A stretch of DNA of 64,000 nucleotides from an uncultured virus (IMG/VR IMGVR_UViG_3300031841_005832) (Duplodnaviria; Heunggongvirae; Uroviricota; Caudoviricetes), in the IMG/VR virus record IMGVR_UViG_3300031841_005832. One strand, given 5' to 3'. Shown piece after piece: positions 19,121-28,419 of the stretch. Every line of letters begins with the position of its first letter. Within the stretch, counting starts at the first letter, position 1. Position numbers and translations under genes: made by a program. The notes beneath the pieces were generated by a model, which saw only the letters and a program-made list of their open reading frames with translations, was not told the origin of the DNA and searched no databases.

Positions 19121-19552
19121 TTAACCGATGCTGACTAGCTCGATTTCAAAATTAAGGTTCTTTCCGGCGAGTGGGTGGTTGAAGTCAATGGTAGCTGTGG
19201 TGTCTGTTAAACCTACAACCTTTCCCATCATTTGCTGGCCTAGTTCGTTTTGGCCCATGATTGTGACTCCTTCTGTTAGAGTCATTTCTGGAGGAAACAT
19301 ATCCTTTCCAAATTCTTGAACCGCTTCCTGAACAGGTTCTCCATACGCTTGATCAGGTGTCAAGTGAACAGTCTTTGTTTCTCCCGTAGACATTCCTACG
19401 AGTGCAGATTCAAAACCAGGGACTACTTGTCCAGACCCAACCTGAAAAGACAGTGTCTCCCCTCTATCGTGCGAACTATCAAATTTTGTTCCGTCGTCAA
19501 ACGTTCCTGTGTAGTGGACGTTGACTGTGTTGCCGGATTCTACTTTACTCAT
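19121..19552 (-). CDS. FKBP-type peptidyl-prolyl isomerase (SlyD/FkpB-like)
   Basis: VHYTG..DDGTKFDSS, AYG, DFNHPLAGKNLNF. Confidence 0.95.
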   Translation of the reverse strand: MSKVESGNTVNVHYTGTFDDGTKFDSSHDRGETLSFQVGSGQVVPGFESALVGMSTGETKTVHLTPDQAYGEPVQEAVQEFGKDMFPPEMTLTEGVTIMGQNELGQQMMGKVVGLTDTTATIDFNHPLAGKNLNFEIELVSIG

Positions 19553-19624
19553 TCTACTTCCTTTGCTGTGGCTTGATGCCGTTCAATTAATCTACACTTA
19601 GCTGCAGATATGTTTAAATTTATT

Positions 19625-20224
19625 TTATACTGTCCAGGTTCCTGCTTCTAGTCCCACACCTTTCCATCCAGGTCTATCTGTCCGAGAGTAAAGATCTAGA
19701 TATGGACCCTTGCTTCGACTCTCTACATAGCGATAGAACTCCTCTGGCTTTCTAGAATGCTGCCTTCTTTCCGCTATAATAAAATCCTTTGAAGATGTAA
19801 ATCCTTTACCCATAGGGACAGATTCGAGGTCTGAATTGCCCCTATAGCGGACTCTTTTACCCTTGCCCTTCTGGTACTTTACGCCGAAGATGCACATTTC
19901 TGTGTATCTCATTCCGTAGGGTGTGGGACTTCCCACATTGCTTTTAACCCAGGGTATTAGAGTAATCGGTGTATAACCGAGAGACTCACAAACCTCAAGA
20001 GCAGGTAATATTCCTTGATTAGCGCCCGCGGTAAAAGAATTTACTGCCCACATATAGAGGTGTGATTCAGGAGCAACTCCATACTGGTTAAACCAATCTC
20101 TTATGGTCACTATAATCTCTTCTTTTGTCTGGACTGCGTAATGTGTTGACATTTGCAGAGAGGAATGACCGACTCCTCCTGTCGACTTTTTCCACGGTGG
20201 ATCTATTACTATTGTCTTGTACAT
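19625..20224 (-). CDS. MT-A70 family adenine methyltransferase
   Basis: IDPPW, HSRKPEEFY, LDLYSR. Confidence 0.9.
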   Translation of the reverse strand: MYKTIVIDPPWKKSTGGVGHSSLQMSTHYAVQTKEEIIVTIRDWFNQYGVAPESHLYMWAVNSFTAGANQGILPALEVCESLGYTPITLIPWVKSNVGSPTPYGMRYTEMCIFGVKYQKGKGKRVRYRGNSDLESVPMGKGFTSSKDFIIAERRQHSRKPEEFYRYVESRSKGPYLDLYSRTDRPGWKGVGLEAGTWTV

Positions 20225-21207
20225 TAAATCTCGCTTGGGCTTCTAGAAAATATTACATGGGAATTAGGGATGTGTGAACTGAGCCAGTGCTCTAAATCTT
20301 CTGACGACTCAAACTCGTAAAGACTCTCATTGTCCCGAACTCTCCAGACACCTATCTCTTCTAGTATGTCTGCTTTGTTGAAGACGACCTTTGTTGCACT
20401 ATTGATATAAACTGATCTTATGAGGAGCTGAATGTCTAGCCAATTTACTTGCCTAGGCCTTCCTGTTGTAGCACCGTACTCTTTTCCAACCTCTCTAATT
20501 TCTTCAAAAACTTCATCATCCCCGGAAAAGCTTTTTGCACCTACATACGTCTCATAAACTTTTGCAACTCCCCACACATCTCGGATAGCAGAATAAGGAA
20601 CACCAGAGGCAACTACTCCTGCAACCGTGCAATGAGACGACGTCACGTAAGGATAGTCTCCCCAGTCTACGTCTAGTCCAAAACCCTGCGCGCCTTCGCA
20701 AAGGACTTCTACCCCTGATTCACAGTGAAGCTCTTCAAAAACATCAACCATGAATTCGTCAAGCTCAGGAACTTCTTTTGCCAAGACTCCTCTTCTTGCA
20801 TATTTGTCTCTGTAAGCAGGGCCATTTCCAGTTCTAGTAGTTCCTATCTTTTCTTCTTTAGAGTCTTCAGCCACGTGAAAGTCAGTTATGACGTGAGCAT
20901 TCTCTGCAATCATGAGATAGTCTGAGACGTTTATTCCGCTTCTTTCCAGCTCTTCTATTTCTTCATAAAGCTTTTCGACATTAATAACACAGCCAGGCCC
21001 TATGATGGAAGGAATTCCATAAAACACACCACACGGGATGTGATGGGTAACAAACTTTTTTCCTTCATGATAGATGGTATGTCCTGCATTGCACCCTCCG
21101 TTAAACCTGAGGACGTGAGTATAATTTCCATTCCTCGCTAGCTGGTGCGAAACCTTCCCTTTTCCTTCGTCTCCGTACTGAAGACCTACGACAACGTCAG
21201 CGATCAT
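20224..21207 (-). CDS. purA: Adenylosuccinate synthetase (short form)
   Basis: QYGDEGKG, NAGHT, EGAQG, YPYVTSS, GATTGRPR. Confidence 0.95.
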   Translation of the reverse strand: MIADVVVGLQYGDEGKGKVSHQLARNGNYTHVLRFNGGCNAGHTIYHEGKKFVTHHIPCGVFYGIPSIIGPGCVINVEKLYEEIEELERSGINVSDYLMIAENAHVITDFHVAEDSKEEKIGTTRTGNGPAYRDKYARRGVLAKEVPELDEFMVDVFEELHCESGVEVLCEGAQGFGLDVDWGDYPYVTSSHCTVAGVVASGVPYSAIRDVWGVAKVYETYVGAKSFSGDDEVFEEIREVGKEYGATTGRPRQVNWLDIQLLIRSVYINSATKVVFNKADILEEIGVWRVRDNESLYEFESSEDLEHWLSSHIPNSHVIFSRSPSEI

Positions 21208-21326
21208 TCTTTCTCCAAGATTTCAACTCTAAATGATTTAAAAAATTTCGGCGCAATCAAGAAAATAGGAAGTGAACCAATCGTAAAAGAAAAGTAGACA
21301 AAGACCATTAGATCTACTAGACTCAT
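21204..21326 (-). CDS. 40-aa membrane peptide, not in ORF track
   Basis: MSLVDLMVFVYFSFTIGSLPIFLIAPKFF...; ATGA overlaps with both neighbours. Confidence 0.6.
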   Translation of the reverse strand: MSLVDLMVFVYFSFTIGSLPIFLIAPKFFKSFRVEILEKE

Positions 21327-22432
21327 TTTATTCCATACTTTTCCAGAGTAGCCTCTGCGCAATAAACCTCGTGTGCGCTTTTAATTTCTTCATGAATGTC
21401 CTGAGCAACCTCTAGATAATCGTCAAACATTTCTTTGAAGTCCTTGAATATTTCCTTAGCACTTACTTCTTTGCTAGCCCTAGAGTGTCCTCTTCCTAGC
21501 TGTGCACCTACAGAGAAACATAAGTCGCATTGATCAATTGTATCAATCGGAAAGTCTAATTTTACTTGCTGAATGGGAATCTGTCTACACCAAAACTGCT
21601 CTCCTTTATAAGAAGCGTGACCTGGCAGTTGTTCCCACCCAGGAGCGTAGACTTCTCCAGCCATGTTCATTCTAATTCCGTGATGGTTAAAAGGGTTACT
21701 AAACCACTTGTCGTTCTCTTCTTCGTAGACTTCTTTGATATCAATAATGACTGGATCTAGTTTTTCGTTAGGGTCTCTGAGAAGATAGAGATGATGAATT
21801 TTTCCCATGCTTCCCGGAACTTCAGCGCAAGTCGTGAGATCGTATGCGTCTAAGACTGATTCGTTATCTAGACTTTTCACATAACTGTCTAACATCTTCT
21901 TTCTCTTGTTAGTGATCTCAACTGTGTTTTCAAAAAGCTTTTTGGCCCATTTCTTTCCTGACTCCAAGTAGTGCTCTGCGCTCATTTGCCACTTTCTAGG
22001 CTCTCTTTCTCTAAGGTCTAGCATTTCTTCGTGTTCGTACTTTTTATTCAGAAGCCCGTATGTATAGCCTCTTCTGAAATGGTCGACGACCACTGGATGA
22101 AGAAAGTCATCATCTACCTGTCTACCCGAAAAAGAGATTGAAACCAAGAATCTGACTATATCATACGAGTACGGTCCGATCCTGGACCTATCGAAGTCCA
22201 CCATTGCTGCACCTCTTGAGGTTTTGCAGTAGTTCGCTATGTGTGGGTTTCCATGAATCAGGACTTTTGGTATATTCTTACAGTCAACAAGCTCAGTGAA
22301 TCTTTTTTGCATTCTTGGACCAGACGTTCTAAAAAATCTGTGTGTGCCAGAAGCATCACTTGTAATTTGATTTCTTATTTCAAAAGAGTCGTCTGAAATG
22401 CTTCTATAGAAATAGAGATTCTTTGAGCTCAT
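21323..22432 (-). CDS. DUF2252-like kinase-fold protein
   Basis: RFFR, HGNPHIANY, DFD..IGPYSYDIVR, GSMG, IDIKE, LGRGH. Confidence 0.7.
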   Translation of the reverse strand: MSSKNLYFYRSISDDSFEIRNQITSDASGTHRFFRTSGPRMQKRFTELVDCKNIPKVLIHGNPHIANYCKTSRGAAMVDFDRSRIGPYSYDIVRFLVSISFSGRQVDDDFLHPVVVDHFRRGYTYGLLNKKYEHEEMLDLREREPRKWQMSAEHYLESGKKWAKKLFENTVEITNKRKKMLDSYVKSLDNESVLDAYDLTTCAEVPGSMGKIHHLYLLRDPNEKLDPVIIDIKEVYEEENDKWFSNPFNHHGIRMNMAGEVYAPGWEQLPGHASYKGEQFWCRQIPIQQVKLDFPIDTIDQCDLCFSVGAQLGRGHSRASKEVSAKEIFKDFKEMFDDYLEVAQDIHEEIKSAHEVYCAEATLEKYGIK

Positions 22433-22435
22433 AAA

Positions 22436-23287
22436 CTACTCCACTAACGTGTGATACCAAAGGGGAAGTATAGAATGACCATCAGATGTACCTATTGCTG
22501 CCTCAAAGGCTTCTTTCTCATATCTAATTGAGTAACCATCCGTAGGTCCGGACCATCCATACCCTCCCTTAAATGTTTGCCGCCAGACACCTGCGGGATC
22601 ATTAGATGTGTAATGTGTACCATCAAAACCGGTGACAACGAGGACATGACCGTATCCTGTGAAATAGCCATGAACAATTAAGACGTCACCTGCGGCCGCT
22701 CTTGATCTAAACTCAGTCAAAGATCCGCTAGTATTAGTAACAAGAGTACCGCTTAGTCCCGCTGACCTTGCGATGGTGTTGAACATGTAGGAAAGGTTGT
22801 GAGGTCTCTGAGCATAGTCCTTTCCCCAGGAAGACGTAATATCGTCAGGTACTCCTCGCCACCCCATGTAAGCTAGCACCATAGCTACACTTGTGTTCTG
22901 ACAGGAAGAGCCAGGGTACAACTGATTCGAGTATTGGAAAAAATACGGAACACCAAGGTTGTTAGAAGACTGGGGCTCAGAGGGCGGAAAAGATTCTGGG
23001 ATATCATCTGGAACCTCTTGCCCTTCGACTTCACAAGAGACCCAGACGTTACCTTCCTCGACGCAAGCGCAGGGAATTCCTGCGCACTCATCAGTTGCTT
23101 CTTGTGCCTCCATTGCAACGGCATAACCTGACCAGATGCAACCAACAGCGCAGGAGGTCCCAACTGTGGAGAAAGTATCACCTTTTGCCACGACAACCTC
23201 AGGCGTAAGTTTATCTGTCTCGATGTCTTCTATCAGAGTGTCAGAACACCCTAACGTAAATGCTAAAAGAAAAAGATAAGTTCTCAT
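22436..23287 (-). CDS. Lipoprotein with C39-like peptidase domain
   Basis: Lipobox TLGC; VPYFFQ, SCQNTSVAM, GHVLVVTG, NDP. Confidence 0.85.
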   Translation of the reverse strand: MRTYLFLLAFTLGCSDTLIEDIETDKLTPEVVVAKGDTFSTVGTSCAVGCIWSGYAVAMEAQEATDECAGIPCACVEEGNVWVSCEVEGQEVPDDIPESFPPSEPQSSNNLGVPYFFQYSNQLYPGSSCQNTSVAMVLAYMGWRGVPDDITSSWGKDYAQRPHNLSYMFNTIARSAGLSGTLVTNTSGSLTEFRSRAAAGDVLIVHGYFTGYGHVLVVTGFDGTHYTSNDPAGVWRQTFKGGYGWSGPTDGYSIRYEKEAFEAAIGTSDGHSILPLWYHTLVE

Positions 23288-23289
23288 TT

Positions 23290-24270
23290 CTACCCCTCCG
23301 TCAAAATCTCTACCAGCTCTTCGACAATCTCAGTGATCTTTTCAGTGCTGCATGTGGTTGTTTCTTCTTCAGACATTTCAACACTGAAAGTGCATGGAAC
23401 ATACTCACCCTGGAATAGTTGATCGCAGTTTTCAGTGAAGAAATCATATACTGACGTTATGATATCATCAGTATCAGAGATTGCTGCTTGAAACTCACTG
23501 AAGAGATCTTCTTCATGATAGAAAGTTTCGTAATCAGATACATGCTCGAGATAAATCTGAGCTGCAACTGCTTTTGCATCTTCGTAAGAAGTAGCTGTCT
23601 TTGCCCACGTGTCTGCGTGTGGTCGCTTGTAACAGTCTGATGTCGACGTTACTGTGATTACGTAAACTGGGTTTCCTGTTTGATCTTCATTCTGGTTCGA
23701 CATTAATTCCTCTTCTTCTGATTCTTTATTTAGTCTAGCGATCATTTCGTCAACTGTCTCTTGATAAGTCGTATACTTTTTTACAACACATCCAAATTTA
23801 GTAGCTTCAAAGCCAATGTGGCGCTTTTTACCTTTGAACATCGCTTTGAAAGATTCAAAATCTAGAAGCTGCGTAGTGATCCAAGACTCGTTCCACTTGC
23901 TATCACTAGGTTCTATGACTTCGTAACAATGGTTGGGCGTGACCATCCTGTCGTCTTCGTCAGCAAGTACAATGTGCTCTTTGGTGGGCGATTCGACGGC
24001 AAATCCTTTCTTACCTGCGCCTGAATAGCAACTGAACATATCAACATCACCGAGTCCCTCGATCGCAACTTCAGAAGAAGTGTTCATAAAGTTCTTCGTT
24101 CTGTTGTAAGTTCGAACTACTGCCCCGGGAACAAGGCCCAGCTCGGTCAAGCGATTAATGTATTCTTCTCTGACAAGCGAGCTCACCTTCAAGTAAGTCT
24201 GATAGTCATTATTGATTTCTTCACACTGTTTTCGTGTGTGATTCGGATTTCCACAGTATGTACACGGCAT
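23290..24270 (-). CDS. Hypothetical protein with N-terminal CCHC zinc knuckle
   Basis: CTYCGNPNHTRKQC. Confidence 0.6.
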   Translation of the reverse strand: MPCTYCGNPNHTRKQCEEINNDYQTYLKVSSLVREEYINRLTELGLVPGAVVRTYNRTKNFMNTSSEVAIEGLGDVDMFSCYSGAGKKGFAVESPTKEHIVLADEDDRMVTPNHCYEVIEPSDSKWNESWITTQLLDFESFKAMFKGKKRHIGFEATKFGCVVKKYTTYQETVDEMIARLNKESEEEELMSNQNEDQTGNPVYVITVTSTSDCYKRPHADTWAKTATSYEDAKAVAAQIYLEHVSDYETFYHEEDLFSEFQAAISDTDDIITSVYDFFTENCDQLFQGEYVPCTFSVEMSEEETTTCSTEKITEIVEELVEILTEG

Positions 24271-24485
24271 TAGCGTAACCCTTGCTTTCGTTGTCTAGTT
24301 TTTGGTTCTTTGTAGTCTTTCCACTTTTTGTAATATTCTTTTGTCTCTTCGATGATCTCGTAGTACTCTTGCTGAGTAATATAGCCCTTTTTGAGTCGTG
24401 TCTTCAAGAGAGTCTTTTCAGTTTTAAGTGCCTGCCCCTTTCTTCGGAGCATGCTGTCAATTAAAGTTTCTTTTGTCCAAGCCAT
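24270..24485 (-). CDS. Small basic hypothetical protein
   Basis: ORF coupled to downstream gene. Confidence 0.55.
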   Translation of the reverse strand: MAWTKETLIDSMLRRKGQALKTEKTLLKTRLKKGYITQQEYYEIIEETKEYYKKWKDYKEPKTRQRKQGLR

Positions 24486-24573
24486 TAGAGAATCCTTTCA
24501 TCTAGGCCAACGTCTTCTAACAAGATATACTGCTAGCAAGTTTAAGGGTATTAAAACAAAGAAAAGCCAGAGC

Positions 24574-24909
24574 TCACTGAGATAAGACATTGTCTGCCAG
24601 ATCTCTGAGCTTCTGAGCTGGATTAGCCGGAGCTCCGACATGCTGCTCCACTACGTTACCTTCGCTAAAAGTAAAAATCGCAGGGATTCCTTTGATGCCA
24701 AGGGTCTTAGCCACCTCGCCATTTTCATCGACGTTTACTTTAACGACCTTTAGACGCCCAGAATATTCATCTGAGAGCTTTTCGACAAAAGGTCCGATTG
24801 TTTTACAAGGGCCGCACCACGGGGCCCAGAAATCAACCAGGACGGGCGTCTTGCTCTGGAGAACCTCTTCTTCAAAATTATCATCCGTTGCATCAATGTG
24901 TTGACTCAT
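24574..24909 (-). CDS. trxA: Thioredoxin
   Basis: VLVDFWAPWCGPCK; start reassigned to MSQHID. Confidence 0.95.
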   Translation of the reverse strand: MSQHIDATDDNFEEEVLQSKTPVLVDFWAPWCGPCKTIGPFVEKLSDEYSGRLKVVKVNVDENGEVAKTLGIKGIPAIFTFSEGNVVEQHVGAPANPAQKLRDLADNVLSQ

Positions 24910-25063
24910 CTTCTTCATACTCCTCGTATATTTCTCTAATGTCTTCTCTGCATGAACCACAGTGTTGCATCATTCCTTCACAATAGAGATCCTCTAGTCT
25001 GTTTTCCTCTATCGCTAGACGTATCTCTTCTTCTGAGATGCCGGAACAGTTACAAACAATCAT
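24893..25063 (-). CDS. Bfd-like [2Fe-2S] ferredoxin (56 aa), not in ORF track
   Basis: Hand translation MIVCNCSGISEEEIRLAIEE...HCGSCREDIRE; CxC...CGSC pattern. Confidence 0.8.
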   Translation of the reverse strand: MIVCNCSGISEEEIRLAIEENRLEDLYCEGMMQHCGSCREDIREIYEEYEEDESTH

Positions 25064-25692
25064 GAAGATTCATGCAACTCCAAAGCTGTCAATACTGCTG
25101 AATTTAGTATATTAGACTCAACAGCTTTGTTCAATCTATGACCGTCTCTTGGCGATATTATGACGTTTCCTCCAACCCTGTTTGCAACTGAAATGTTGTG
25201 CTTGTTAGAGACAACTGTATCCATTTCCCCTAGAAGCCAGACAGAGTTCTTAAAGTTTTCAACTCCATTCTCTACAGCCTGTTTGACATATGACTCTCCT
25301 AAAAGATTCTGAATTGCAGGGGCACAAAACACTGCCATTCCTGAATAATGTCCCTCGGCGATTAGCTTGAACAAAATGGCTGCTCCCATACTCGAGCCTA
25401 CTACAAGATCAGGTTTGGCATATTTTACTGCGTCCAGAGCGTCATTGAAAGGTGTGTCGAAGCACTCATCTATTTCTTCTTTGGGAAGATTTGACCAAAC
25501 ACCCGAACATTTGGACCTGAGATTTGCAAGATCTTGCGTTCTAAGTGATGGGCAAAGGGCCGCCCATTCTCCCGAAAGGCTCGTTGCTTTGGAACCTCGA
25601 GGTCCTCTACCCTCTAGGCCGTGCAAAAAAAGCACCTTAATTCCATAGCTGTTCTCTGTCTGAACTTCTTCAGGTTTTGCAAATATTGACAT
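25060..25692 (-). CDS. Alpha/beta hydrolase
   Basis: FLHGLEG, GSSMG nucleophile elbow, D..V, DGH. Confidence 0.85.
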   Translation of the reverse strand: MSIFAKPEEVQTENSYGIKVLFLHGLEGRGPRGSKATSLSGEWAALCPSLRTQDLANLRSKCSGVWSNLPKEEIDECFDTPFNDALDAVKYAKPDLVVGSSMGAAILFKLIAEGHYSGMAVFCAPAIQNLLGESYVKQAVENGVENFKNSVWLLGEMDTVVSNKHNISVANRVGGNVIISPRDGHRLNKAVESNILNSAVLTALELHESS

Positions 25693-25704
25693 CGATTTCT
25701 CCTT

Positions 25705-27099
25705 CTATGCTGATTCCTTCATCTTCATAACGAAGTCAGAATTATCTGGGTCGAACGCAAGGTCTCTTCCTGGGACTATGAGCCAGCCTCTCTTTAGCTT
25801 TGAGTGAGAGGGCTTAGGAGCCTCTCCGTCCGTTATGACAAGAAAGCCGTCGAATCGATGCCTATTCTTGTTTGCGTGAAGAGTAACAGACTCAAAATCG
25901 GTGCCGCCGCAACGGGTTCTCATAGCCTCAGGTGTCTTTCCTTTCTTCCAGACAGTCTCGCTTTTTTCATCAACAGTAGTGTCAAAGTGATAAGTTACGA
26001 ACTCTGTTCTCTTTGCAAGATTTCTGAGATTTGCGAATGCAAGCTCTAGCGAATCGTTGCAAACAGAGCCACTCTGGTCAATGTAGACTGCGATCGAAGA
26101 AGTGTATCCTCTTTTTACGCCCTGAACCCGTCCTGCGTACTTCTTGTTCAAGCGGGTCCAAGATGTAGTTCTAGTGCCTCTTCTAGAAGATCCCACAAAC
26201 TTCTTTAAAATAGACCTCCAGTCTACTTCATTGGAGATCAGAGTTCTAAGGTGAGCCCTGTTTGTGGCGGAAACAGAGCCCCACTTGCCTGAGGCATCTG
26301 ATTTCTCGATGGCTTTTTCCAGAGCTTTTTTTACCTTGTCACTTATCAAGTCTTTCTCTTCGTCAGACGTGTTTCCCCAGTCTTCATGACTGTCCATTTC
26401 ACCGGGCAAGACTCTTACGTCGACTGGGTTTCCGTCCTTGTCGAAAACGTTTCCATCCTCGTCGATGTCGATATCACCGTCGGCAAGAGCCTGTTCAAGA
26501 GATTTTCCTTTAGCGTCATCCTGAATATCTTTTGCGATTTGATCATCCTCCATAAGCCGAGCGAAGTACCACTCGCTGGATTCATGCTTAGGAAAAGAAG
26601 CTATCTTTGAAGAAACTCTTTCATATCTTTGAATCTGATCTGCAGTCATTCGATTTATCTGAACTTCAGTAAGTTCCTTGAAAGGAGAGCCCGGTATCAA
26701 TCCGCCTTCTGGTAACCAGTCCTCACTGATGTTGGAGTTAATCGCGAGGTCTGTTGCGTAATTATGGATGATGTGAGGACTAAGTCGTCGAGTCGTAGTA
26801 TGCTCAAGGATTACGTGCCAGATCTCGTGAATCAAGAGACCTTTGATTTGATCGTCAGTTAGTGATGCAAGAAATTTTGGATTGTACCACATCCGAACTT
26901 CGCCGTCTTGAGCGAGGACGCCGGCGGTGGGAATAGAATCCGTCTTGACTATTTTGATAGTCCTGAGAAATGTTGAATAGAAAGGTTCATCAAACATGAG
27001 TCTGATGAGATGCTTCTCAATATTGAAATTCTTTACAGCTTCTTCATCTGCCTCGATCGAGATCGGAAGGTTGTTCGAAGTTCCTTTGTCTTGGTTCAT
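25705..27099 (-). CDS. DUF2201-like metallopeptidase plus VWA-like domain protein
   Basis: HEIWH, ATDLAIN, IDQSGSV MIDAS, GGTDF, ITDG. Confidence 0.88.
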   Translation of the reverse strand: MNQDKGTSNNLPISIEADEEAVKNFNIEKHLIRLMFDEPFYSTFLRTIKIVKTDSIPTAGVLAQDGEVRMWYNPKFLASLTDDQIKGLLIHEIWHVILEHTTTRRLSPHIIHNYATDLAINSNISEDWLPEGGLIPGSPFKELTEVQINRMTADQIQRYERVSSKIASFPKHESSEWYFARLMEDDQIAKDIQDDAKGKSLEQALADGDIDIDEDGNVFDKDGNPVDVRVLPGEMDSHEDWGNTSDEEKDLISDKVKKALEKAIEKSDASGKWGSVSATNRAHLRTLISNEVDWRSILKKFVGSSRRGTRTTSWTRLNKKYAGRVQGVKRGYTSSIAVYIDQSGSVCNDSLELAFANLRNLAKRTEFVTYHFDTTVDEKSETVWKKGKTPEAMRTRCGGTDFESVTLHANKNRHRFDGFLVITDGEAPKPSHSKLKRGWLIVPGRDLAFDPDNSDFVMKMKESA

Positions 27100-27125
27100 G
27101 AGCGTTTCCTCCTTGCCACTTTCTT

Positions 27126-27154
27126 ATAGTACCAAACTTTCTTGGTTTTTGCAC
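27126..27154 (-). promoter_or_regulatory. Promoter GTGCAA-N17-TACTAT
   Basis: Same architecture; leader shares 20 nt with that at 36717-36736. Confidence 0.75.
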
Positions 27155-27286
27155 AAATATTCTAAAAAAAAGAAAATTAGTTGCAACTAAAAAGTCCCTT
27201 ATTACAGAAAGAAAAGGCTTTGGAAACCAAGGAAGAGACACGACAAAAAGAATAGTGCCGAAAAGAAATAGATCAAAAACGGACAT

Positions 27287-27508
27287 CTAGTAATTCTCGT
27301 TGCAATCAGGACAAAGAAGCATTAAGCTCGTCTCCTTGGCTACGACATACCAGGAATCTTGGTCTGATTCTTTGTCGAAAGTTTTGTTGCACGAAGAACA
27401 TGCAGTGGGCATACCTGCTGTTGCCCTAAGAGACCTTTTCAAACCCTTCAAGGCACTCTTTCTTTTTTTGACCTTCTGTCTTCTTTTAAATGCTCTAGCA
27501 AACGACAT
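27287..27508 (-). CDS. Small basic zinc-ribbon protein
   Basis: CSSC...CPDC; start MSFAR. Confidence 0.6.
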   Translation of the reverse strand: MSFARAFKRRQKVKKRKSALKGLKRSLRATAGMPTACSSCNKTFDKESDQDSWYVVAKETSLMLLCPDCNENY

Positions 27509-27509
27509 C

Positions 27510-27851
27510 TTAGCTCCTGTTATAGATATCGGAGTACCGGATGATATCATCTTCTCCGAAGTACTCGCCTGTTTGAATTTCTATGAAAGTCAGTCCTGGA
27601 TCATCAAACGAAGATCCTATTCGATGCTTTTGTAACGCTTCTATTCTGAACCTATCGCCTTGTACGCAAGAACTCTTAAGATCGTCTAGGACAACGTAAC
27701 CTGATCCGTCGATTATGATCCAGTCTTCCCGGCGTTTTTCGTGAGATTGATAGCTCAAGACCTGGCCTGATTCGACCCTGATCTTTTTTACCTTTGTGTT
27801 AGAATCTTCGTAAAGAATTTCAAAATATCCCCAAGGCCTGATTTCTCTCAT
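27510..27851 (-). CDS. Mannose-6-phosphate isomerase type II C-terminal cupin
   Basis: RPWG, LSYQSH..RREDW, FIEIQTGEYFGEDDIIRY. Confidence 0.92.
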   Translation of the reverse strand: MREIRPWGYFEILYEDSNTKVKKIRVESGQVLSYQSHEKRREDWIIIDGSGYVVLDDLKSSCVQGDRFRIEALQKHRIGSSFDDPGLTFIEIQTGEYFGEDDIIRYSDIYNRS

Positions 27852-27898
27852 GTTACCTCCAGATAGAAAGATATCAAATTTGACACCTTGTATAAGTA

Positions 27899-28418
27899 CT
27901 ATGCAACCTGAAGGTGCTTAAAATCCCTTCCCTCTATGTAGGCAACTGATCCTGCGACATAAAGAAGGCGCAAGGTTTTGTTTTGTCCCGACTGAGTTTT
28001 TATCTTTTTTCGGCCCGCATATATGATGGGTTCACTCGGGTCCACTGAGATTATTCCTCTTTGAAAACCCATGAGAATCCCTATAGGAGATTCTGCTAGC
28101 ACAAATCTTCTAATGCTTTTTTCGTATTCAGTCCCTCTTGTCTTTCTAGAGACATTGCTCAGCCAGCACGTCATATCGCTACTAGCTATTTTGAGAAGCA
28201 TTCCGACTTCGAGATCCTTACATTTCACGAAGCATCTCCTCCCAATCTTCAGAGGACTTGTGATCTCCTGCAAGAGCTCTTACGTGAAGTTTTTTTAAAG
28301 ATTCTTTTTGACTCTTTCTAGACTCTTCCGATGCCTCACAGATAAAATTAACTAACTGAGCTGTTGCAAAAACGCAGCCGGCGACAAGAAAGACATTTAT
28401 GAGAAAATCGTTCATCAT
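27899..28418 (-). CDS. Two hypothetical genes (27899-~28230 SH3-like; 28218-28418 membrane)
   Basis: Co-oriented ORFs. Confidence 0.5.
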
Positions 28419-28419
28419 T

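Noticed and set aside
20224..21207. PurZ / 2-aminoadenine (Z) genome
   Set aside because: The motif is GDEGKG with the PurA catalytic Asp, not the Ser-containing PurZ form
27044..27286. 80-aa ORF as a confident gene
   Set aside because: Its 3' half runs through a promoter and into the next gene; only the hydrophobic N-terminus looks plausible
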